From the NCBI GenBank assembly GCA_973895155.1, contig OZ316894.1, forward strand, positions 3,868,944-3,932,943: a stretch of 64,000 bases of DNA, read 5' to 3'. How positions within the stretch are numbered: position 1 is the first letter of the stretch; each line of letters opens with the position of its first letter. A model generated the notes under the pieces. The model was not told the origin of the DNA. It did no database searches and saw only the letters and a list, made by a program, of their open reading frames with translations. Source of the stretch: Marsupella aquatica (lineage: Eukaryota > Plantae > Marchantiophyta). Shown piece after piece: positions 27,231-37,947 of this stretch. A program made the position numbers and the translations under genes.

Positions 27231-27560
27231 TCATCGTGAAAGGTTCATCCAAGGGTCTTCGTTCCAAATCTTACAACAGAAGTGAGCCTGTTTGTGGTAC
27301 TTGTTGCCAAGACGACGACAACAATAGTTACAAGAAAACTCCAAAGAATGTAAACACGTCGTTAACATCAACCTCGAACGAATTGGAACTCCTGCATCAT
27401 TCATTCCACAGAATTCAATGCGAAGAGGATTCTGCCTATCTCCAGGATCAGTACCACCCATCCACAATGCTCCTATACCGATGGGGAGAACTTTGAGTCG
27501 CACGAGTCTCTTGTACAACCGGCGTGCACGTTTGACACAATTTTCAAGGAAGATAGCCAT
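27231..27560 (-). CDS. Transposon cargo ORF, 109 aa, Cys/His-rich C-terminus
   Basis: CLHSLEFSCNYCCRRLGNKYHKQAHFCC could bind metal. No family recognised. Confidence 0.35.
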   Translation of the reverse strand: MAIFLENCVKRARRLYKRLVRLKVLPIGIGALWMGGTDPGDRQNPLRIEFCGMNDAGVPIRSRLMLTTCLHSLEFSCNYCCRRLGNKYHKQAHFCCKIWNEDPWMNLSR

Positions 27561-28152
27561 TTGTCACAATACCTGTTGTCCACGGAGTGCAATCGACCTT
27601 CCGTTGTGCCTCCTAAACCCAGCAACACTGCGACATCAGAGATGAAGATGAGTCTCCAAACAAAACAAAGGAAAGTGATTCTCACAGGAGGATGCGATAA
27701 GTTTATCGAACTCCGCATTCAAATTGAAAATATGACTTCCTCAGACACCTAAGCCCTGAATTCAATCTTTCACAAAAATGACAACTCCGATAAATTTATC
27801 GGATTCTCAATTACTCCTCTTTCCATGAAAGGAATGAAGACTCCAATAAATTTATTGGAATGAAGGCAACACCTCTCTAAACACTGGATCAAATGGTTGC
27901 AACAGAGGAATGCAGAATGCGATAAATTTATCGCAGTCCGCTCGGATCTGGACATTTTACACTAAATGACTAGTTAGTCTTACATGGAGAACTTGAACAG
28001 GAATGGCTGTTCCGATAAATTTATCGGGTTTTCGGTAGAAAGAGTCGAATCCCTTGGGAGGAATGTAAGACTCGATGGGAGTTTGGTATTCGCTCAGTCA
28101 GGAGATATTTGCTCTGGCGAAAGCAAACGTTTTATGGGCAGCCCGCTTCCTC

Positions 28153-28226
28153 TTTATATAGGAGATGCTCTAAACCATGGTTAATTTCCCCTTAACCATG
28201 GTTAAGTTTCCCCTTTACCTGGGTTA
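28153..28226 (-). promoter_or_regulatory. Candidate promoter for the minus-strand cargo cluster
   Basis: TATATAAAG on the minus strand at about 28153-28161, preceded by three ~20-bp repeats containing the palindrome TAACCATGGTTA (28171-28226). Confidence 0.4.
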
Positions 28227-29376
28227 GTGCGTGGTCGTTCCTGGATTACGCGGTTCGGACCAAGTTACTCGCAGTTCGGACTTTTTCACTGACGGAATGT
28301 AAAACCCGATGCACGTATCGCTCCCTGCATTCCCGCGGTGATGCAATGGAGGAAAGTGGCGTTTCGGAGAGTTTTTGCCAGTTTTATCGGTCATTGCATT
28401 GCCTTAGAAAAAAACGAGATCGGGCTAAACGAGAACTCCGACACACTTCTCGGTCGGTCCAAAATCGTGTTCCAATAAAAAAACTTTAAATTTATTCGCG
28501 CGTTATGGGTTGGACGAAAAGAAGTGAGGGACCCCGGGGGTTCCTTTGTCCGCTTTGAATGTCTTTCACCTACATATGCTAGTGCTGTACTACAGTGTTC
28601 ACCACAAGTAGCCTCGATAACATTAATTATTTGTGCAGCCTAATGTTATTGGGTTTACTTTTCAATTAACCCTGCAATTAACATAATATTAATTATGGAC
28701 TAACACTAATAGTGCAGAGTCACATTAAGTAACACATTAAGCGTAACACTTCAGGACTCCTTTGTGTTTAACACGATTTGGAGAGGTAGGGTACCGGCAA
28801 TACTAATTCTGTTTATGCCTAACATATTTGGAGATTTTGCTTGGAGGGTCACATTTCAAAGTCTACTACCTCATACAAGCAATAGTCACAGGGTTCCAAT
28901 GCACAGACTGATAGAAAAAGCATTGTTCTCTCACCTTTGACAGCTACATGTAGGGAACAAAGTGTGTTTCACACACCCAAGATGATTAAAAAAATAAAAG
29001 GTATTGTTAGAGAACAGACTCTCAACAGGGCTACAGTACTTGCCAAAAATTGCTAGGCAGCACAAATCAGGAGTAGGAGGACAAATGTGAACTACACACT
29101 CAGGGAATTCCAACCCTGAATAGTCTTTAGTTAGAGCAAAAACCCACCACATTTAGTGTTATCTTCTAGAATTACTAACATTATTAGGGACTAATACTGA
29201 TTCCGAGATAAGACTAATTTGAGTGAACAAGGAACGTTTGTATTCTCAAGATAAAGATGTATGCGCATTAACTCCAAGATTGCATTATTTGCTCAACATC
29301 CTATAGCCATATTGCTAGATATTTCAGCAAAAACAATTCTCCAAAGCTAACATTCGAGTGTGCATTACCTTACTAC

Positions 29377-29550
29377 CCCGGGGTCCTCACTCTTTTTTTT
29401 CCAACCCATCGCGTGTGAAGAAGTTAAGGGTTTTTTTAATTCAATTGGGTGGAAGACTTTGAAAATTTTGTTGAAGAAAAATAGGGGACGGTGGTCTAAT
29501 CCAATTTTGAGAAATTATACAAACTGTAAGGGTTTTCAATTTAGGGTTTA
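29377..29550 (+). mobile_element. Truncated family-A MITE
   Basis: Starts CCCGGGGTCCTCACT like 32897 and aligns for about 150 bp. Confidence 0.7.
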
Positions 29551-29589
29551 AAAATATTTAAATATATACTTTCTTTTCTTATTAAGTTT

Positions 29590-30353
29590 AAGGTCCACAT
29601 TTTTATATGGACTAAAAGTTGGCTACTAGGGAAAAGGTTGGGTTTTTCACTTTAAAGAGTGAGTCATACATAAAGTTTCAATTGGTTTTTTTTCTTTTTC
29701 TACATATTTAAGATTAGAAACAAATTCTAAACATGTTGTAAGTTTTATTCAGAGATTTTAAAATTTTAATAAAATCCCCAAAAGCTGCATGGCTAGTTTG
29801 GGTGTAGTATATATATCTCATTTGGTTTAAACAATTTTGTAGTCATGTATATTAATAGACTTCTTCCTATTATACAGGTATGCAACTCCCCTTTTTATAA
29901 TGCAAGTTTTTAATTATTTGTAATGGCCGCCTTATATCCAATTGACCATCTTAGATTTCATTTTAGTCTACTAAAGTCTTGTACCTCTCAACTCAAGGAA
30001 TACAAAAATGTAACTTGAAAACCAAACCAAACATGTTTTGATGTAAAAAACTCAATCAAAACCAAATTAGATGCCTTTTTTTTTAATACAGGAGTCTATA
30101 GCCAAACTAGCCATTTGGTGGGATTTTTATTAAAATTATAAAAATCTTTAAATAAATTACAACATGTTCAAATATATTTTTTAATTTCATATGGGAAAAA
30201 GAAGAAAAACCAATCCTTTTATATGACTTGGATTTTTTTTAAAGTGGAACATCCAGGTTTCTCAAATTTTGATTATTTTGTATGGCCAACTTTTTAGTTA
30301 GGCATATAAAAATGTTGACCACTGCAGGCCTATTATACAAGAGTTTCGTACCC
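29590..30353. mobile_element. AT-rich non-autonomous element family C; other pieces at about 52444-53130, 58210-58556, 59391-59540, 60330-61207 and 62260-62330
   Basis: Shared blocks GGGTATGCAACTC…, ggtctacatttttatatggactaaaagttggct and ttgagaggtacaagagtttagtagactaaaatgaaac occur in both orientations. Boundaries are approximate. Confidence 0.65.
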
Positions 30354-30639
30354 TGTTAGAAGTGGCTTGGCAAGAGTTCTTGCAACCCTAGCCTCAAATT
30401 CACCATACAGTTGGATAAACGTACTGGACTATATTTGAAACTCTATTTCACAAGCTGGGAGTCAAGGCCTATATATAATTGCCATCAATATTACTTAATT
30501 TACATTGTACATGTGGCACTAAGGACTTGAGCTAAAATTAGCCGCCTTCAGTTTTGAGGAAGCTAATAAATTGATCAATTAAAGGAGCCCAACTTAAATA
30601 AAATCAAAATCCAAAACAAGCCAAGCAGTCTCACATTTC

Positions 30640-32290
30640 GATGCACTCTGGGAGAATCAATCCAACTCTACCCCCGAGTTGCCACGGCTGATTGGGAGCT
30701 AGGAGGAACCTAGGAAGGAGCAGATGTACATGTTGCTGAGGCTGGCCGTTCCTGCAATTCAACCCAAAGATCAATTCAACAACGACAAGGAGACGAGAGT
30801 GATGAGGGAAGGTTACGATATTAATATGGCCAACAACTGATCACCTAGTGGACTGGAATCGTCTTCGAGTATCTGTGTGTTTTGTTTTGTTCCTGAACGA
30901 AAAGGTCGTCCCACTGTTTCTCATCAAGCCGCCGGCCTGCATTGTTCTGGCTGCAAACCCCTTGTTGACGGTCCGCCCAGTCGGCTGGCTGTGATCGAGT
31001 GTACACCGAGGCACCGCAGTCGCCCATTCCAAAAACCTCTCGGCCGTCCTGGCTCCGGCTCTCCCTTCCATCCCAAGTAACGCTACCGCCGCTGAGTGAT
31101 ATTGCTGCAGCTTCTTCTGTCTTTCGAGTTCAAGGAGGACCTCGGTCCGCAGCCAGAGAGGCTCTTCGGTGATGCTGTTGTTGATGCCACTTTGGTACTG
31201 ATGGACAGCGTTTCAGAAATTAACACGTCATGCGGTTCAGCTAATTCTCCGTGATTCACATCGTTCTAGCTTTGTCAAGTCCGCTTTGAAGTGGTTCGTG
31301 GCCGTTCGATTTGCTAATGATTCTGCTAGGTGATGGCTTAATCCAGTTCTCAGTTTGATGTATATATAATCAAGCACCTGAAGTGATTGGAAGGGCAAGA
31401 AGGAAACATCGTTGGAAAAGATTGAAATCTGAGGAGCCAGGTGGTACGTATTTTTTTTGGCAGATCTTTCTCGCCGTGACAGGATTCGTTCTTTTTGCGG
31501 CTCGATCAGATCTGAACACCTCTCCAGTTTGAGAGCTGGAGGATTAATGACAGCAACTCATGTGACCAGCATTCCCACAGGAATATCAGCAACTGCGTGA
31601 TCGAGCTGCTAACCGGCACGATCAACTCGAGACTTTCCTTAGTCATCCTGGGCACGGATATATATGATTCTTGGGCACCAAAATATTTGATTCTTGACAA
31701 GTATAAGGTAGCACGCCGTAGTAGCTGCAGGATCCATGTGAAGGAGTATGTAATTGCTGGATTGCGCTGCCTTCGACATTTCTTTGAGGAACACTCGGAA
31801 GTTAAATTAATTTATCGTTCCAATAAAGACTGTGTTCAGATTCTGTCCAAAGTAAACAACTTCGATGACCAATTCCTTTTCGAGAGATGTAATTGAAGTA
31901 CTATTATCGTCGGAAATGTGTGCGATAGACAGAAAGAGTAGACGTGACTTGGTACCAGAAGCATTCGGTTTCCATACTGCAGCCAAAAGATGACGAAGCC
32001 GCATGTAATGCCACATATTGATTCTCTTCTTGAAAGCTGATATCAGTGGTGAACATGAATAGATGCTCAGTCTGGAGCCAATGTAGATGAGACCATCCTG
32101 CACTACTTTTGGATCTGCAGGCTCAAACTGAAAGGCGGCCCTCCATTCGCAATCAGAGGCACTGCTTCTGACCCTGAAATTGGCAAGAGCTGTTAAATGC
32201 AACAGCTGCAGCCCATGGAAAACTTGAGTATGAGGCAGTATTGTTTTTGTTGGCAAACATTTGCCAGGCTATTTGCCGATCCTAGATGAA
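30640..32290. repeat. Inverted segmental duplicate of about 52020-55040
   Basis: Collinear reverse-complement blocks: 30660-31200 vs 54500-55030, 31690-31850 vs 53875-54030, and 32180-32272 vs 52024-52115. Confidence 0.85.
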
Positions 32291-32896
32291 CCAGTTTTCC
32301 ACCTCGCCACAAACCCTAGCCTTTTGGCCAGAATTTAGGGAGATCCAATGGTCGGTAACACGGAGTAGTTAGTCATGGATAATTAAATAAAGATTATTCT
32401 TAGCATCGTAGTTGTATACACAAGATTCATTGGCTACAGGCCCGGCTAAAAGAACTGTTAGTAAATATTACCAGATCTAAGCTTCTTGAAAGGTAGAAGC
32501 TCTTGTGCGTTGTTAAGGTTCATATGGAACAATGGCCGGTGTAATGCACTTGGATGTCTGCAAGAGAGATCGCGACGAATGATTTGGGTAAAACTGCAAA
32601 AGGTAATTTCCCAAACTCAAGCTTGGGTTTCTCACCATTTGGAGCAACGGAGTGACATCCTCTGCAAATATTTCAAGGTCAGATGCACCCTACAACATAT
32701 ATAAGGAACCTTATTATTATGTTTTGATGAATAATTTGCTTAGTTATTACTTAACAAAATGATAGTTTTGAAAATACTGTAGATCATTATGAAAGGGGTA
32801 TACCCAAAGGCAACATTTAGCATGAGTAGAGTTCCACAATGAGAGGTTGCATTGGCAAAGGCAAGCCAGCACAAGGCAGATCTATCTCCTTCCCAT

Positions 32897-33201
32897 CCCG
32901 GGGTCCTCACTTCTTTTCTTCCGACCCATCATGCGCGAATAAGTATAGGGTTTTGTTATTGGGTTTAGTGAAATATTTTTAAATTTTTGTTGAAGAACAT
33001 TAGGGTTATTTTAATCTAATTTTAAGAATTATAAGAATCATTGGGTTTTTGAAATCAAATATGAGAATATTCTTGGAATATTCCATTAAGTTAGGGGTGA
33101 AAATTTACCAAAAAAAACTTTATTGACTTAACTTTTAGGGTGTTTATTCCCCCAAAACTTCGAGCGTGATATGGGACACCCCTTGAATTGAGGCCCCCGA
33201 G
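32897..33201 (+). mobile_element. Intact family-A MITE, 305 bp, 8-bp TSD
   Basis: Ends CCCGGGGTCCTCA / TGAGGCCCCCGAG. TSD CTTCCCAT at 32889-32896 and 33202-33209. Confidence 0.9.
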
Positions 33202-34091
33202 CTTCCCATGTGGGACATACTCCCATTTTGTTGAGGTTTCCCCTATAATTTTAACAAATTAGGAGAACTTGCAAAGTGGTAGAATTGCACACATTCCCAC
33301 TTCTGAAAATAGGAGCTTCTCCTAGTTCTGATTTAAAGTGGGACCCCATGTTGGAATTAAATTTCCCAGTATGTTATGTAGTAATTCCCGAGGATATCTT
33401 TGGGTACTTTTAATACTCTTAAGTGGAACAAGGCACATGTATTGTTTATGTAGACTGTTAGGTAATGATTCATGCATCATTACCCATTTAGAATTCATTG
33501 ACACAATTTTTATAGCTGAAATTGATGCTCTGGTTGAAAATTTATGAGCAGTTTTAGTGTTTGTAGGTAAGTATACAAATTCCCTTGAGAAGACAAGAGG
33601 ATTGGCAAAAACCCACTTATTACCAAAGGAAAATACAATTACTCTACTATTGTCTTTTTTGTAAGTAGGATTTAAGAACACCAGTATCAAACTAGGTAAA
33701 AGTCACACATAAGGTAGGATAAATTTGATATCCGATCGGGGCATGTGACAGTTTTTCCCTGTGCAGGCGTTAATTAAGCTGGACGGTGCCGTACACTAAG
33801 GACTTAGACTAGCTGGCCTGGGCTGATCGGGTCATAGGAAAGGGCTGGACTAAAGGTCGACCGCCCAGTCTCCCAGACGTCCTTTGAGTTCTGAGGGCTT
33901 AAGTGAGAGCTCCTCTTAGGCCCAAGGCTAATGGAATTTACTTCATGCACAATGGATGTTTGGGGCACGAGATACGGTTCGGCCAAGGTTTGGCTGCTTG
34001 GGGACTTTGAGTGACGACGTGTTCTGAGGGCCTAGGCATGAGCACTGGGTCAGCTTGATCACAATCGGTTAAGGCACTCCACCTACATACA

Positions 34092-34451
34092 GGTGGAAAG
34101 CAAGATTGAGGGGTACCAAAAAAGGATCTCCAATGCTCCACCAAAAAGGACCTGTGACTCCTTTGAATGCAATAAATAGGGGGGTGTTACACTCAAGGGT
34201 TGTGATCTTATTTTGGCACATCAAAGGCTATCATTTAACCTAGATCTTTGGAAGTGTGCCCCATCTTTGAGGAAGTGTACCAAACTTTGAGTCCAAAGTG
34301 TATCCAACTTTCAGGAAGTGTGTCCAACCTTTGAGGAAGTGTGTCAATCTTTAATTTACTCCTTGCTAATCTCCTATTTTAATGAGGACTATGAGAGCTA
34401 ATCCATAGTCCTTTTTGCACTTTTTGGTACCCCTCAATCTTGCTTTCCACC
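34092..34451. mobile_element. Family-D MITE, 360 bp, 4-bp TSD
   Basis: Perfect ~30-bp TIR GGTGGAAAGCAAGATTGAGGGGTACCAAAAA. TSD TACA. Internal ggaagtgt repeats. Confidence 0.9.
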
Positions 34452-37108
34452 TACACCTAATTAGAACGTTATGGGCATAGCCAGTTGATGACATGCCCAA
34501 ACGTGCGGGTTGCAGTCCCGATGGGGGGCCAAAATATGGGGACCAAAGTTAGTCCAGGGGTGACAGGTCTCCAGAAGCATATATTATGAGGGGAGTGGTG
34601 TTTCCTTGGGGGGTTAAGGCAAGCCCAAGTCATGAGCCGCAATGATCGTGACACCAAGGGGAAATGCCAAACCAAAATTGCGATTACTTCCCAACGAGAA
34701 GTCCATTGGGGGACTTATTGGGTGCGCTGGAAATCCCCTGGGCCCCCACTCCTTTCTAATACGGGGAGGACGTGAGAACCGTTCAAGGGTCATTTTTATC
34801 CCTTCAGCGGTAATTTTTATAATTCGCTTACAATTCCGCAACCACCACATATATACCGAAACCACTTTGTAATTTCGTAAGACCCCTTGAAATGTCATCC
34901 TGCTTACTTTTGCGGAAGGGTAAATCAATAGGTAGCGACACGCGGCATCGTATTATTGGTACACGTGTATTATCCTTACAGTATCCATATCTCCTTCATA
35001 AATTAAAATGTTAATACTGGCTATGCTAAGCTAGAAAAGTTTTGAAGGGAGGATTGGGGGCGATGGGGATGGACCGGGTGTGTGGAGTGGTGGGGGTTTT
35101 GGCGGGGAATTTAAGAAAACACATCGGGGATGACTAAAACCGTTGGATTAGAGGGAGAGCGAATCGAAGCCATTGAATCGGCAATCCATGGCCTCGCCTG
35201 CGTTATGAACCCTAAGGTTTAGGGTTTAGTCGTGAGACCGTCACCGCCCGGGGTCAGCCCCCCCTCATACCCCTGCTCCTCATTCTTCCTTTGCGCTTGG
35301 TCTCACCTTGCCTCGCGCTCCCTGATGCCTTCTGCTTGCTCCTGGCTCGTCCACCATCGCTGCTCGGCCGCCATCGCTGCTCGACCGCCATCACTGCTCG
35401 TCCACCATCATTGATCCTCTGCCATTGCTGCTCCTTGTCCGCCATTGCTGCTCCTCGTCCGCCATTGCTGCTTTGGCCTTGTCCACCATTGTCGATCCGC
35501 ATCCGGCATTGTTGGCCCTCATTTGCCTGTTCTTGCTCTTGCCCAGCATCGTTGAGTACTGGCTTTGAAGGTCCTTAGTTTGGAAGGTCTTCCCCGACAT
35601 TGCGATTGTCAAGGTCGTCTCAATCTCACCCACTCAAATGCTCTGTGAACCTTCCACATTTTTGGCATGCATTGTTATCTCCCTGGTTATGTCTTCAATG
35701 TTCTCTGTGTTGCCTCAATGTTTCCTGGATTTGGCTGTAACTGTGCCAACTTGCAGATTTGCACGCCACTGCATTGTGATTTGTAGGATTTACGTGCCTT
35801 TGACTGCCAATGCATTTGGCTGGATTTCAATGGATTGTTCTAAGTCATTGTGACTATCCTTAAGATCTTGATGCGATCAACATGAGTGACATTTCATTGG
35901 ATTTGCAAACGCTGCCAGCTTGAGTGCTTCATTGTGGAGATGTTTTGCTTGCAGATCATTTTTGAGAAACCCAATGATCGAAGGAGATAGTGAAAGCTTC
36001 AGTGTTGCGTGTTGACTCTTCTGGGAGTGGACACATCAATTGAGCACGGTAAGCCATCTGGTTTTCAATGTTGAGAGAGTTTTTCAATGGAAGGATGGAT
36101 GTAGAGTTTACGTGCTTTTAGCTGATGCCTGTGGGCCTTTTCAGATATCATCGAAGGATACCCCCTGGAAGGCTAAGGAGCGATCACCTTCCGGTTTGGT
36201 GCAACAAGGTAACCCTCTCCCTGCATTAGACTGAACAAAACCCATGCGATGTAGTCCTAAATGTAGTGACAGTCCCTCAAGTGAACTGCATTTCTTGGTT
36301 GACGATATTGCATTCACTATCGCCAAATGGCATTGCCTCGGATGTTGCAATTGCTCTTGAGTTCCTTTAGCAACCGTCTCTGGGACTTCTTAAGCTCTTA
36401 ATTTTTGCGCTTAGGTTGAAGCGCTTGCCATCGCTCTCTTCTGATTCCTCCCCGGCTTCCTATGTCTTATTTTATTCTGCTCTTGCCTTCTGCTATTGCC
36501 TTAGGTCTGCTCTCATACTTAATCTTCCACCACTTTTTGGACTCCATTTGCAGCTCCTTCACTAGCTAGGGTGTTGGTCTGTAAGTAACGCTTTTCCTGG
36601 TTTGGTCGTAGACATTTGTAAGCAGCTGCAGTGATCATCCATTGGGCTTAGTTGAGCAGAGTGGAGGTTGGAAGATTCAGCTTTGAGGACCCGGGTCACG
36701 ACCAGAGGATCAGTGGACAAAGGAGACTGAGGTACGCACCAATCAGGAATGAACTTCCTTGGTCACTTGTATTGCGTCAAGGGTTAAGGCCACAAGGTAT
36801 TCATTTGCAGTTTGTGCAGTTGAGTTTGATAAACAAATTTTAATCTGGGATGGCTACCATTGCCCAAAATTCTGCAGCAAACTTTAGGTGAATCATCAAG
36901 GTTGGGGAGAGGTGGATCTCAAGGAGCTTTGATTTAACAAATCCAAAGCTCCACATGAAGTTGTGGGAGCGGGAAGTTTTGTCGATTTCTAGAGGCCAAG
37001 TAAGTTAGCCAAATCCCTGAAACATTCGCTCTGTTTGCAATTTGTGATGCTCAGTTTGTCCCTTTTTATAGTACAGTGAGTGACACGCCGGATGATGTTG
37101 TTGCAGGA

Positions 37109-37456
37109 GGTCAATTGCAAGATTGAGGGGGGGCAAAATGACGCAAAAAGGATTAGCTCAAAAAGGAGAGAAAAAGGACTCAAAGATCATAAAGATTTAG
37201 TTGAACACCACTTCCATAAAGGTGGGACACACTTCCAAAATTGTTGTGCACACTTCCAAGAAGATTGGGACTTCCTAAAAACCTGGACACACTTCCAAAG
37301 ACTTGGCATGCAAGATCTCACCATCCAATCTCAACAAACTAATCCTAGCCATTTGGTGTAACACCTTGTCCACCCCTTGTAAATTGGAAAGGACTGGAAT
37401 CCTTTTGGTGGAGAAATTGGATATCCTTTTTGCCCCCCTCAAGCTTGCAATTGACC
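37109..37456. mobile_element. Family-D MITE, 348 bp, 4-bp TSD
   Basis: TIR GGTCAATTGCAAG(A/C)TTGAGGGGGGCAAAA. TSD AGGA on both sides. Internal acacttcc repeats. Confidence 0.9.
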
Positions 37457-37548
37457 AGGAGGATTTGTCGTGTGGACCAGCTTTGGTAGGCTTGATTGTC
37501 AGACCCTCTGTCTTTGCCTTCTATGGAGGTAACGGTGCAAAAGACACC

Positions 37549-37947
37549 ATGGTAACCACCCGAAGCCAATCTGTAGGCCTTCTCTATGAGAAAGCAGTGA
37601 GGTTGCGACGTAAGCTAAAGGCATTAGGCATGTTGAGAGGGACTTGGCCTATTGGCATTATGTTTGGTTCTAATCGTCCATCCCGTATGACCCGCCAGAC
37701 CATGTGGGAAAAGTATGTCGATCCACAGTCCATTATGTTCACTCAGACAATGAATGGTGTTCAGATCACTGTTGGTGCAGGGTGTGTACATGCTTTGGAT
37801 GCTCGGTGTCCAGCATGTGATGTAGATCCAGACGCGGACGTTAAGTACAATGAGGTTTTTGCAAAAAAGAGGGCCTGGAAAGTGTGTCAGCTCTGGAACA
37901 CGGACCCTTTTGTGTTAGGCCTTGTAGAGCTTCAAGATGGCGAGTAG
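37549..37947 (+). CDS. Small ORF (~130 aa, CPAC motif), probably cargo of the P-like element
   Basis: MVTTRSQ…HALDARCPACD…. The longer ORF call in the track is inflated by the upstream MITE. Confidence 0.3.
   Translation: MVTTRSQSVGLLYEKAVRLRRKLKALGMLRGTWPIGIMFGSNRPSRMTRQTMWEKYVDPQSIMFTQTMNGVQITVGAGCVHALDARCPACDVDPDADVKYNEVFAKKRAWKVCQLWNTDPFVLGLVELQDGE

Larger units (their letters stand above)
16548..28471. mobile_element. 11.9-kb multi-gene cut-and-paste DNA transposon, Sola-like (4-bp TSD, DDD transposase)
   Basis: Left TIR AACACAATTTCGGACCGAACGAGAA (16548-16572) matches the reverse complement of 28447-28471 (AACACGATTTTGGACCGACCGAGAA) at 22/25. TSD CCAA at 16544-16547 and 28472-28475. 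The empty site is seen in the MITE paralog at about 32960. Confidence 0.9.
16329..28538 (-). mobile_element. ~300-bp MITE (family A) split in two by the large transposon; pieces at 16329-16547 and 28472-28538
   Basis: Joining the two pieces reproduces the reverse complement of the intact MITE at 32897-33201 (…cactaaacCCAAtaa…). The left terminus appears truncated. Confidence 0.85.

Noticed and set aside
35225-35600. GC-rich ORFs on both strands
   Set aside because: They arise from low-complexity ccgccatcgctgctc repeats and are not credible proteins.
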